A DNA stretch of 54,405 bases, filler included, from Streblomastix strix (Eukaryota), in assembly GCA_008636045.1 (NCBI GenBank). It is 3 parts of 3 records of this genome, joined end to end, with 100 filler letters (N's around TTAATTAATTAA, not from the genome) between each part and the next. Parts side by side here need not be neighbours in the genome. Positions count along the whole stretch, not along the records: positions 36,351 to 54,405 come from SNRW01000645.1; 2 more parts are not named here. The stretch is one strand, 5' to 3'. The translations under genes and the position numbers were made by a program. Under the pieces are notes generated by a model that was not told where the DNA came from, made no database searches, and was given only the letters and a program-made list of their open reading frames with translations. Shown piece by piece: positions 40,596 to 53,500 of the stretch; positions within the stretch are counted from its first letter, which is position 1, and every line of letters begins with the position of its first letter.

Positions 40596-40718
40596 AAACA
40601 AGTAGTTATTTTTACTTAAATTAAACGGAACATAAATCGAAGATATTCAAATAATTAACGACAAGGATAATGAAGGACAATTTTTAAGACAAATAGCTCA
40701 TTGAGTAACTTGATGGTA

Positions 40719-41125
40719 TGTTGAAGGAGTTAATTAATACAGGCTAATCAAAAGGATAGATTCATCCACTTTACTATGAGTTATCTAATCTTAGTAGCAA
40801 CTTTGATATAATGAATGAACGACTTTACTAGTTTAAGCGTTAAAGTGATATAGAGTAATATAACAATAAGCTATACAATGAAAATCACTACGACTATATA
40901 AAAACATATAATAAGTGCAAAGAGGAGATAAACATTAATCCAAAAATAATCAAGATAAAATAGTACCTATTAATGGATGCTACTAACGAAGAAAAATAGA
41001 CATATAATTAGTTTGTATCTGAATAAAAACATAAGTTGTTTTGTGACTACTATTAATTAAATCCAATCATTTTAAAGGATCGAATTGAGCCAATATAGTC
41101 AGATAGTCAAGGTACTTGATTAGCT
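40719..41125 (+). pseudogene. Viral hypothetical protein, frameshifted
   Basis: Protein-like frames (MLKELINTGQSK..., IVPIMDATNEEKQTYNQFV). Confidence 0.35.
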
Positions 41126-41328
41126 CTTTGCACTTGTCTGAAAGTATTACTTCATCACTATCATAGTACTTATTTTTGATCAATTAATACTCATGCTAAT
41201 TGATGTCGTTAATGTGATCCGTTAATGCTTTATAGATATGCTATATTTCATTATCTGAAGCGTTAATCTTATGACCTAGTTATTAAGCTATCGTAAAGAA
41301 CTAATCCATTTCATAGATACAAAAATAA

Positions 41329-43566
41329 TCAAGGAGGGACTGATCCCATCGTTAATGGATGAGCTCTCCAGAACACATTATTTTCATTGCTATAGAATTT
41401 ATTATTAGTGTCAACGCTATTCATACCCCATAAGATAGGATTGCCTGCTGAGTAATTAACTGAACTATTACTTGATCCACTTTATGCTCCTGTGCCAGCG
41501 ATAACAGATCCATTGAAAGATAGAGTATTTCCATCAGCTGAGATCATTAATCATCTATTAGCTGTAATTTATTCACCTGCTTTTACAATAACGAAACCCA
41601 ATGGATTTAGAAAGTCATTACCTGATGTTCCAATTAGCCATTAATTAGCAATAAATCCACTGGTTGAATTTGAATCACAACCAAATTATATATTACTCCA
41701 TTAGTTATTAATTGATCTGCTAATTCTTAATCCTTCAGTATAATCTCTATTATTTGTAGGATTAATCTATAGCTCATTATTGAATTATTTTATACCTGTA
41801 ATTGATTAATCAGTTCCAATATCAACTAATAAATTACCATTGAATTTAATTATTGAACTATCGCTGTTAATTGAAAGCCTAACACTATGGTCAGCTTATC
41901 GTAGAGATGATTGGTTAATTATCAAGGCATTATCATTCGTTTTACTTATATCCCATTAACCTGTTTATGTAGTATTTATAGCAGTAGTTGCACATCCTAA
42001 ACATAATGATGAGTATTCAGAGTTATAATCTTTAATTCTAATACCATTATTATATGTACCATAAGTTCGACCTGTTGGATTAACTTATAGCATTCTATTA
42101 ATTATTCCACCATTAGCTAAATCATAAGTAATTGGTATTTATGTAGCACTTGATACTGATGTAACTACATTCTATGTTAATATCTCTGTTATTCTATTAG
42201 TATAATAAGTGCTTTAATCCGATACCACTATCGTAATGTTATTAGTTGTTTCTATTCTAACATATGATGAATAAATAGCAGATGTACCTGATCCAGTATG
42301 AGTATGAAATAGTTAATATACACCACTTTCTATAACATAGTTAGCACTAATTTGAGTTGGAGCTGCAAATATACCATATATAGTATTGATTCAATTAACG
42401 GTATAATAAGGCACCAATCTAATGGTTTGAACAGCATTATACATTGAATATTTTTTAAATTCTATGAATGGACTACCAACACTAGCACCTGCAGGAAATA
42501 CACATAATCTAATCCATCCACCTGCACTACTGTTGTATGATCTTGATAACTTTGAATCTATTGTTGTTGTATCTCCATTAGCGCATAGCACTTCTGAAGC
42601 AAGTCCACCTGTTTTAATAAATTTAGTAGCAGTTACATTTCCATCATAAGTCAATTGCTATGAATGAACATGATCGTGTCGAGCATAAAAAGTAGATGAT
42701 CCATTAATCCCTACTCCATCAAATATAGGTATATTCGAAGCATTAGTCTCAACGTTAATGACATGTTAATGGTCAGATATAGTGTATGAATTTGCTGTAC
42801 AAATTGATCCATCTCCATCTTAAATCGGTACCTCTGATGATATATTGATAGCATGAGAATGATCTGATCTAGTATAATTAACTGAAGCACCGACTGAACC
42901 ATCAGCTGTTTCACTAATCGGTACACTAGTCGATATGTTTAATGGATGGATATGTTCTCCACGTGAATATTCAGCACTAGTTCCTGCATTTACTGTACCA
43001 TCGGATAATGGATTAGCATCACTTGCAGGAGTCATTTAGTCAGGGACAAGCTTATCAGTTTCAATCCATTAACTCCCATCATAATCCCATTCTAATAAAT
43101 CCTCTGCACTATACGCATAATCACCTATTGCAGGATTAGACAGTTATAGTATCTCATCGTTAGTTGTAAAGTAACCTCTGAAGTGAGTCTATCGTGCTAA
43201 TTCAGTGTTAATAACTTATACATCAGCCTATAGCTATCCTATGTCTTAACTGTATCCATTAATCTGTTACTATATATTTTATATCTATTACTCTAGTATG
43301 ATTGTTTTTTAGAGGAAATCGTTGTTTATTAATTGTATGTTGTTAACGATCAATAAGCCATCTTGCGTTCATTTCATCGCATAATCTGTGGGGTTATTCT
43401 TAGGACAATACAGTAGGTTATTTTAGTCGTCAATTGTTAATTAATAGTTATCATTATCCATCACTCCATTCGAACTGCTCTTCTTTGTATACTACATATA
43501 ATAACTAATATCTGAGTGTATTAATCGTTTGATTACTGACAATTGTTATTATGAAAGAGAAGTCAT
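41329..43566 (-). pseudogene. Fibre/tail-fibre-like protein (~745 codons) with His-containing repeats; at least two internal TGA
   Basis: Coiled coil, then repeats YSRGEHIHP / YTRSDHSHA / YTISDHQHV / YARHDHVHS, KFIKTGG..EVLCANGD and beta-rich GIRI repeats. Confidence 0.75.
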
Positions 43567-43580
43567 TTTAGTTAATTTAA

Positions 43581-43970
43581 ATGAGTATTATTTCATTAAT
43601 CATGTCAATATTCAATTATGTATTCTATGGAGCTAATTTTTTGTTATCTGTTATTAGTGTATCAATACCTGATCAAGCGTAAGAGCTAATCAATGTATTT
43701 AAAAAGCTATGGAGTTATCTTGATGTGATAGTGATACCGATTAATATTGTAATCTATATTGTTAAATTCTTCTATCATCGTAAAATGCAAATTAACAAGG
43801 ATCACCATTGGAGTTAATATACTATTGATGAGCTGTATTAGTTGATATAATTAGCTATAGACGCTAAGGATCTTAAATTAGCCTAGCATTATCGATACCT
43901 GATTACTTTAAAATTGATTAATTAAACCAATTAAAATGAGTCTATCAGAGATAAAGCAAATATAGTTTGA
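43581..43970 (+). CDS. Small predicted membrane protein
   Basis: MSIISLIMSIFNYVFYGANFLLSVISVSI...VIVIPINIVIYIVKFFY, two hydrophobic segments; 3' end overlaps the ATPase start. Confidence 0.5.
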
Positions 43971-44972
43971 TACTTATAATATGCTAGATGAATATAAAAC
44001 TCGTCCATTAACGTCTAAATCAATCTTCCTTATTAATGCAAACCATTATATAGTAGGAGCTGTTAGAAGTGGTAAAACAACATTAATGAGTAAATTAATC
44101 GTGTTGTATAAACATATAATTAACCCCTACATACTATACTTCTCAAATATGGGACCAGATGAAAGTATGTCGTTTAATATGAACGATAAAATATAGCAAT
44201 TAATAATATAACTTATGATACTGCGATGATGTTTCTGCCTTAGTTCGATGAGATTAAATACAAGGTTAAAGAGATATATACCTATTGGAAATTAAAGCAA
44301 ATTAATTTCAAATACAATAGTGATTACATTAAATAACTCAAGTAGAATATGATTAATGCAAATGAGTTAAAGAAGGATGAATCGTATCAATAGTTTACAT
44401 CTCGAATGAAGGAGTAATTTAAGACCTATTGTATTGAAACAATTAACGAATATAATTAACCCACGAAGCTAATGTAATGTACTATCCCACCGTTAATATA
44501 GAATGTAAGTTATGAGAAAACATTAAAAATAATAGACACAGAAGAGATTGTTGAAGATGGTGTATCGATAATCAAAACACTAAAATTACCTATACTATAG
44601 AATGCACGATTGTTATCTTCATTAATGATCTTTGATGATATTGGTTCAAATACAGATATATAAAGATATACTTCATAGCTATCTCGTACAATAATTCATC
44701 TCGTTAGTGATAATCATCATTCTAAAAATACCTTATTCTTTGTAGCTTAACGTCCTAGCTATATGTTCAAGACAGCTCGCATCTTATGTCATGTAATAGT
44801 TATAGGAACAGGGATATCCGATAATGATATCAAGTAAATATACAATGAGAATCATATTAACACCTTGTCTGAAGAAGAACTAATAATTCTATATAATATG
44901 TTTCATTAATAAGAGTTCATTATCATCAACAAGTATGAGAATAGGTTTGAGTTAATTAGATAAGACCATTGA
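43936..44972 (+). pseudogene. A32/FtsK-HerA-like genome packaging ATPase, one frameshift (~44210)
   Basis: Walker A IVGAVRSGKTT, Walker B LMIFDD, NHHSKNTLFFVAQ and downstream KTARIL motifs. Confidence 0.88.
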
Positions 44973-45660
44973 TTTTAGAAGTAATTTCATCATTCAAATC
45001 GAGATTATAATATTGATCACGAGTTCGTTGATTATTGTTAATTAGCTTAAGAAATTTAACTTTATCTTCTATCTATATCTCATAGCGACATATAACATCA
45101 TCATCTGTTTTTATCTGATGTTTTTTCATTATTACATCGTACATTAATTTATCGTCATCAGTATCATTACCCTTAATGTAATTGAATATATCGTTCATTA
45201 ATTTCTTCGCTTTAACGTTATACCTTAATGTAGTGGATAATGGTATGTTATATATCTCCAAGAATAATAGTCTCCCTATTCGACCATTACTATCTTCGTG
45301 TGGATGTACGCGTTAGTAGATTAGAAAGTACTTGAATTTAGTGACAGGATCATTGGTCTAATGAGCCTTGTTCACTAGCTCCTGTAGATAAAGTGGATCG
45401 ATTAATTCATGTCTAATTCCTACGTTATCTGCTGATATTATTTTTGAATTATTCTTACCACTAACGTAAACACTACATTAGCGATGTACGTGTTACATCT
45501 TAGGAAATATCAGTCTATATACTTCATCAATATTAGGGTATGTTTTATCAAATATGTATTAAATTGCTTCATTAACTGTTTCATTAGGTATGAAACCCTA
45601 TTCGATGAAATTTGAGTTCATTATACATTGTTTTAAGTAAGCTGCATCTATATTATTCAT
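44926..45660 (-). CDS. Fic/Doc-domain protein (244 aa), intact frame
   Basis: IYQRVHPHEDSNGRIGRLLFLE at ~45255-45320. Confidence 0.87.
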
Positions 45661-45804
45661 TTTAAATCAAATATAAATATGATCTGAGAGATAATTACTA
45701 GTGTATCATTAATGATAATAGCTTGCACAAAAATAATAAAATGGGGGTTAATCATATATTAAATACATGTAGATAATGAAGAGATTAGTGATGAGGTAAG
45801 GAAC

Positions 45805-46851
45805 TCAATTTATGGTTGAAAAATTATGTAAGGCATATGAATCATACACCTAAACACAGAATAGATCGGGAAAATTTATCTAACACAGTGTATTGATTCT
45901 AACATGTCCATCCACATCAATGTAACAGTCTATCGGTATAGCACCATTCCAGCATATAGGATATCCCAATACCTTCTACGCAAACATAACAGCATTAAGA
46001 GGTATAGTAAATGGTGTACTAGTAAATTAAGGTTTAGCTTCATCCTTAAACACAGAGAACAATGTATAGGTTGATTATGTCTAAGTATTAGGATTGTTGT
46101 GTGTTATTTACAATGATATATAAGCCCTTCCATTATATGTAGTAAATGAACCCCAAGCTAATGATTCATACATACCATAAGCGATTGTTGATTTGATAGC
46201 GTTTTCAATTGGAGGAGTTGGTAGGGGTGATACTAACTAATTATTGAACTTGAGTTAAGTGCAATCGAAATCGATAACCAATCCCTTGTAATCATAAGCA
46301 TAATCCTGTTATTTTTGTACCATGAATTATGATAAAGTCGATCCCATCTTCCATACTCCATCGCTATCAGTTGGATCGTTATTACAACCCGTTAATACGA
46401 AGCTATCCCAGTTCGCTTTATTTTTCATTATCCTAAGCCCTTAATTACGAATATCATTATCAGGTTCAATTATCATCTACTCCATAGCATGAGGATAGTG
46501 TTTAGGTAAGAAATCACCCACATCAGTTATATCTCCATTAGCTAATAGTAATTAGTTATCAGTACCATTAGTCTTGATGAATTAATCGGCTTAGACTGAC
46601 TGTGTGAATTATTTATATCCTGTTACCATTTGATCAGTATCTAGTGTCATTAACTTAGATAAATTGACATTTGTTTTCATGTATTAGCTAAAGTAAGTAA
46701 TCAGTTTAATAATCTCGGAGTCAATGAAACTGGTTAACGATTTTTATAGCTTCTCTAATTACTTTACTTCCTCTTATTTTTACTATATCTCTTACAGCTA
46801 TTGTTATATATTTATTAACTCCTCATCAGTTGGTTCGATTAATAAATTCAT
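45805..46851 (-). CDS. Second, shorter fibre-like protein (348 aa)
   Basis: Coiled-coil N-terminus; TLDTDQMVTGYKQF and QFIKTNGTDNQLLLANGD share repeats with the long fibre; beta-rich C-terminal head. Confidence 0.7.
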
Positions 46852-46869
46852 TTTAACAAAAATAAACTG

Positions 46870-47516
46870 GTCAGAATTCATTTATATCAATCTCTGATGC
46901 AGGTTTATCTGATAGTCTAACGAAGTCCTTATTGACTCTATATAACTTCTCAACTGAGTTTCAAAGCACATTATCAATCACACTAATGCTTACGTTTTTA
47001 ATTAATACATCTATTACTCTAACAAGGTCTTTCTTCTTATATTTCTTAGTCATACATGAATGCGATTACATCAATGGTTCCTCTAATATGATTTTTATAT
47101 CATCCTCGTTTTCTTATATGATTAATGACCAGAATTTAATGAAGTTATCGCTATTCAATATGAAGTCATCCCCTCGCTTTCTTGATGTAGTTACTCTCCA
47201 TATGCAATCGATAACGAATTTAAGGACCTCTAGATTTGGATGTGCTAAGAATGTATTTTTAACCACTTACTCTGGTTCAACTTAAGCATTTTCTCGTTCT
47301 ACTTCTTAGTATTTATTTTTATTATAATGTCTCTTAGGTTTATCTTCTTTGATTAATTCAGCTTTAATTTCCTATGGAGCTGATAAGTTTCTCAAGGCTT
47401 AATCAATTGATTATAATCTAAGTTTATCTTCTTCTGTTAATTCTTTCTTCATGTCTTCGATTTGTTTCTTTGATTTACTCATACGGAGTTAATTCCTCTC
47501 GATACTTGAAATCATT
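46870..47516 (-). pseudogene. Viral hypothetical protein with internal TGA
   Basis: MISSIERNQLRMSKSKKQIEDM... open under TAR=Gln. Confidence 0.45.
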
Positions 47517-47546
47517 TAAATCGATTAAAAATTTAATCATTGATAA

Positions 47547-48083
47547 ATGGATAAATCACAAGCCTTAAGAAAATTAAAAGAAAACGGTACTACATTCGAA
47601 AGCTTCACTGGAGGCTATTTAATGTAAATAGGTAAGTAGATTAAAGTATTTGATGATGGTTAGAAGGCACCTAAAGTATTAACATAAGCATAATAAAATA
47701 AGTTGCTATAGATGCCTACAATTATAAAATAATAAGAAGAACGATTAATGTATTAAAATAATAAAGATGATGAAAGTGAAGAAGAAACTAAAGTATAATA
47801 AGCAGTAGTTAAAAAGAAGATTAAAGCAATATGGAAATAACCCTCTATTAAATATACTACTCCATAGATTGATCTTGAAGAGCTAATTAAATTGCGAACA
47901 GAAAATCGATTCATTAAGTAATAACATATCGAATCATAGAAACAAATTAGTAAATATAAGAATGAGCTTAAATCAATGAAATTGGTAAAAGAATAAGTAA
48001 TTAAAGAATAGCCTATTGAATAATAATGGCCAATTTAAGAGTAAGTTATCGAAAGATATATTAATGAGTTTGAGTTATATTGA
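47547..48083 (+). CDS. Viral hypothetical protein (MDKSQALRKLKENGTTFESF...)
   Basis: ATG..TGA frame followed by TTTATTTTT. Confidence 0.55.
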
Positions 48084-48114
48084 TGATTTATTTTTGCATC
48101 ATCTATTTCATTGC

Positions 48115-50545
48115 TTTCACATCATTGTAACAAGGAGGGGGAGTCCTTTGTAATCAAAATGTTTAATTATATCAAATAATCGATATGGTCAACGAGTAGG
48201 AGGTCCTTGAGGGAAGTCAATTACATGCGTTAAAAGGGTACCATTTAAAAATGATGATATATCTTTGTATATGGTATGAATTGATGCTTATTGTTATCTG
48301 CCTAGGATAAAACGGTGATTAGTCCTATGGTTCGTGAAGACCGTTTATTTTTAAAAATTATAGTTAATTTGGTTATTTATTCCGTAGATTTTGTGGATTC
48401 GTGGGAGCGGGTAGATTTGGGCTATTATCCATACGATTTTGAAAATGGTGCTAATTTCGCCAATAATATCTTCTAACCGAACCTATATGTAGACTTCAAT
48501 TACTTAATTCCACAACATAAGACACCTCACAAATCTTTTTCACTACACCCTTAACAACAATACTCACCAGTACCCATACTGAAAGAAATATTGCTATATT
48601 TAGACCAATTTCCCCTGAAGACCCACGAGGAAGCAAGGAAAAAGAACCTAAACGATAACAACCGAAACCACAACAATATGCAAGACTAATAGATGTAGTT
48701 GAAAGGTTCAAAGAAATAATGAAGCTAATAATTGAAGAGAAAAAGAAGAAACCCAAGGTTATGTTGCCCGGTTTATACAAAGAATATCAAAACAAAGACG
48801 ATCCTGTTATTTTCTACCCACCTAAGAAGTATCATCCATCCCCAATACACAGATCAAAAGACGTAGATCTCTCAGAAGATCAATGAAATTTATTTGATGA
48901 GGGACGTACGCGAGGGCGTAATCTCCATTTTATCTTTGACTAATCGACAACCTCGAAGCTTGAGCGAATCTACCAAAGGGATCATACATACAAGGGTTAC
49001 TAAACATCAGTGATGTAGTGGCTGGATTCTTTAACATACACCCTCAAATATACCAATCAAAACTTGAAGCAATAAGAGGCTTAATCATATTCGCCGCAAA
49101 ACAAATTGTGCAATCAGAGACATAAAGTAAAAACCAAAAACAGTTATCGAATAAACAAGAGATAATCGTAGCTGTTGGAACAAACGACAATGAAGACAAT
49201 GACTAATCTGAGCACGCAATCAAACCCAAGAACTTCACAAACGGAAACGATGGTCTCAGAAAGAATGATAGCGGGACGCAGTTACAGGCCACTGTCAACG
49301 GAGAAGCGAAACCCAAGATCAGTATCACATAAATATCTACCAACACTCCACCTCACAATGTATTCGGATCAGACAGACTCGTAGGAAACGGTTGAGGGAC
49401 GCAGGTACAGGCATAAACCAACAAAAATGGAGACTTAAATCATCAGGCAATAGATAAACAAGCAAATAAAACAATAGCGAGCAAGCTATTGTTAATAGAA
49501 CCAGAGAAAAATAAAATAACTAAATATCACGCAATGAAAGCCAAAATGAACAAGAAATTAAACTTCTAGACAATGGAAATACTTTACTAAAAGTGACTGG
49601 ATCACTTCGCACTACCCTTTCCGAACAAGAACTAGGAAATCAAAACATTTCATATTCTAGAAGCTAACCACCCTTAATCGCCATCCCTCCAGAATTAGAC
49701 TAAGTTAAAGGGAAAATTGTAGTACCTAAACAAAGGATGCAACCAAATAACGACCTTGATACTAGAAGCAATACAGGCTAACCAAAAACCGTAGCTGATA
49801 AATCCTTAGGGAATCCCGAGCCTAGAGCCAACATCGACATTTCTAAATATTTTATATTCTAGTAGGAGCAGAGAAAAAGGCAGATATAGCACCAGTTAGT
49901 GAAGACAAGTCTGCAAAACATTCCAAAGGCAACAATACCAGTGTAGGATCCAAGAAATAGAAACAAGGATTCAACTCCGAAAACCAGATAGAAATAGAGC
50001 CTGAATTCGAAACTGACTAGTCGGATTAGTTGGACTGAGTAAGAAGGAAAGGAGGAAAGAAGGATGGGCAGAGATCTTGTGAACCGTGAAATGAACAAAG
50101 AGAATAAAGGAATATTAGACACGATTACGGGAACAGATAGTTAGATACTTGGAATAATGGGATACAATTAAATTGATTGATTTCATCTAATAAGGATATA
50201 TTCTCGAATGATAAGATAACTAATGTATTAATAAGTTACAATGTTAGTTAAAATTAATGAAATTTAGGGGAACAAAAGAAGAAGCGAAAGAGTATAAGAT
50301 AAAGTTTGAAGAATAATTGAAAGAGAGTATTGTAGTACCGATCAGAAAGTAATGAATCAAATGGTATAACCCAATATTCATGTTAAAGAAAGCAAACGGG
50401 AAATGGAGAAAGATACTGGACGCGAAAGCATTGAATAAATAGATTGCAGACTTCCACTTCAAAATGCACGATTCGAACGAGGTGAAACAAATAATTAGAC
50501 TTGGAGATTCGGGCACTTCACTGGACCTCTCCTCCACATTTCCCT
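48115..50545 (+). mobile_element. 5' part of a DIRS/Ngaro-like retrotransposon (gag-like region and RT N-terminus), truncated
   Basis: Shift to higher GC and A-skew; RT segment follows. Confidence 0.75.
50125..50545 (+). pseudogene. Reverse transcriptase N-terminal fragment (DIRS-like)
   Basis: WYNPIFMLKKANGKWRKILDAKALNKQIADFHFKMHD...TSLDLSSTF; breaks before YxDD. Confidence 0.88.
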
Positions 50546-50549
50546 TCTA

Positions 50550-53500
50550 AAATCAACTTCATCACTAAAAGAACTTATTGAGCTTATGTTTTTATATCAT
50601 TTTTATTTGCGTTGCTCAAACCTAGACCATACTTATTTTTTGGTTCATTCAGATAACTGTAATATGATAATAGTTTAACTTTGTCTTTCAATGCATATAT
50701 CATTATTTGATTATTCCTTTCAGAACCAACTAATAGCAGTGTTAGAAGTAAATGCAACGATGGAACTAGATTATCTTCTTAGCTCAAGATCTTCAATTCA
50801 TAATCATTATCAAGAATCATATCGTGATTATCTATAAATAAATATGATTAATATAAATCAAAGATATAAATCATAATCAATTATAGATATATAATGTATG
50901 TTTATTAATAATATTATATATAAATATGATAACCATTAATATACCTGGGCAATCAGCCAACAGCTCAATATACTACTAACTGTTATTATAAATACTCTTA
51001 AGCTGATTAATTATCTCAGGTCCTGAATTTTAAGGAAGAGGATATGCTTTGTACAAAGAAGCGATAATTTAAGCAATTGCTTCTCTTATCTGTTATTTAG
51101 TATCACCTTTTCCTACTTCTATAAAATATTTGATAAGTTCATCAATAGTTCCATCATAAGCCAGAGGTTACCTCAATGGATGCTATTCTCCACCTTGAAG
51201 ATATTTCATTCCAATATTAAACAGTCCATCAAGTATTCTACGAGCAATGAAAACAACATCTTCATCAGCAGACGTGAGCATCTTCAGCACTATTGGCACT
51301 ATTCCTTTTTGAATTAATTTTCTCTTCTGATCAAATGAAAGTTGTTAGATCAAATATAAGATTAGAGATAGATTGTATGATTTGATGATAGGAAGAGGGT
51401 TATTATTGTGTAGTTTGAGAATGTTAAGAATGAATTCAGTTTCAAACACAATCATATTATTTCTTGACTGATTGTTATATATCAGTGATTTGATTATTTC
51501 TATTACGATGAGCATCAATCTTTCTTCCCCAAATACTTCAATTTCAGCCATTTCAATGTCATTTTCATAATTATCTTATTATTATCCAAATACATCTTCC
51601 TTATCTTCATTATCATTATCAATATCATTTACTCCACAATCTCTTTCTATATCAATTTCTCTATTTTAATCACTCTCATACTCTTATTCATCTGCATTGG
51701 TTCTCCCGAAGTATAAAATACGCATTAATTCTTTCAAGTTCTTTCTAACCTTAACACTCTCTTTATCAGATTCGCCTTCTTCATTCAATCTTTTTAATTG
51801 ATACATCTCATCTTCATATGAAATTATTGAATAAACTTCTGCTTTATCAATATTCTCATTGCTGGATCTTATAATTTCTTCCTAGCCAACTTCATACGTA
51901 ACATGCATTTATTCTTATTCATTTTCTTTAATTTATTCTATTACTTGATCTTTCAAATTATTATATTTACCCACATTTTTCTTCATCAATTAATCAAACA
52001 CTTTAAATAATTCATCAATCAATCTTGCTCTTATTAATTAATTTATATATTTGTTAACCTTATTAATAACTGATCTTCTTATTCTCATCAGTTTATCCAC
52101 TGTTTCTGGATAAATCAAAAAAGACTCGAGAATTTGTGTTTCATTCTTATAATCATTCCGAACCACTAACTTCTTCAGTGTTTTTGTCCTAATTTCTTAT
52201 TTCATGAGATATTGAGAGTATTCACTGCTAATGATGTAGATGTTACTGAGAAATTTGATCAATGAGTTGATCACGATTGACTCTACTTCATTTTTTGTCG
52301 TTTTCTCTATATCAATATAATATGTGGAAATAATATTAATAAATCACTAACAAAAATAAATTTAATTTATTATATATATCAATTAATTAAAAAAAAAGTA
52401 AACAAAAATAGTATACCTGAGAATATCAATAGCATTATCAAGGTATCCTTCTTCAATAATTGCATCATAATTTTCTGAATGGAATATTAATGTTATTAAT
52501 ATCAATGTAAAAAATAATATAATTAATATTATAAAAAATATCATTTTTCATTCTTTTATTAAGTATTAATATTTATTATTCATCCCTTTGTTTATAGAAA
52601 TAAATGAAAGAGCTCCAAATGATCCTTCTTACTGCATTTCATCTTATGAATTTAGCGTATTGAATCCATTGATTACTTAATCATGAAGTTATGAAGGGAG
52701 TTGAGATCCTTCAATATAGAGTGTATCAAGGAATTTGCATGTCAGTCTTTTATTCTAACTGTCTATATTTTAATTTGTAAACATTTCAGTGATTATTGTT
52801 TAAATTATCTCACGTTTATGAAGATCTGTAAAATAAGGATGTTATTGTTTGAGAATTTCTTATAAATTAGATTATTACTCAGATTATTCTAATTATTTTC
52901 ATCCATTTTTACGATGTATATGAAAGTTAGGAGAATGAACAATTGAATGTTCTTATTATTGTTGTGGAGCTTTGGGGTAAGTACCTGAAGTATACCTGAT
53001 TCGTATATCCTTTGTATTTATTCAAATGTTTCTTTCTGACATATTTAGAATAAATGCAATATTCTCGCTGTTGATAATTGAAATGTAGGAGTTCACTATA
53101 TTTGGCCAATAAGTTCATCTAGTAGTCCTGATTATATAACATTATCTATATCCTTCTCCCCATGTATTAACCCTTCAGGTTTTTGATCAATTTTGCTAAT
53201 AATTTTCTTTGCGAAGTTCTCCTATTCATCAGAAATTTTTGATTAAGCGCCACTCACTATTGTTCTAGTTGACATCAAGAATTTTCATAATTTATTCATG
53301 ATTTATATTGATGATTATTATGTATCTTTAAAGAAGAAATTTCATCATTAATTTATGTAAATTAGTTAAAAATGTCTCGTTGATTATATTACTTCTATTC
53401 AGAATAAATTTCTCTGACTAAAATTGCGAGTACTTCTTAATTCTGCATAGTGTATATTCCTAACTTCATAATATAAAAAATAAAGCAATTAATATAAATA

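Larger units (their letters stand above)
36351..48110. mobile_element. Endogenous Polinton-like DNA virus, structural/packaging module (partial)
   Basis: Dense intronless genes on both strands including packaging ATPase, KilA-N, fibre-like and capsid-sized ORFs; no TIR or integrase seen in the window. Confidence 0.85.

Noticed and set aside
8789..47516. In-frame TGA in element genes as possible TGA=Trp recoding
   Set aside because: The TGAs are sporadic, co-occur with frameshifts, and TGG is used normally; decay is the simpler explanation.
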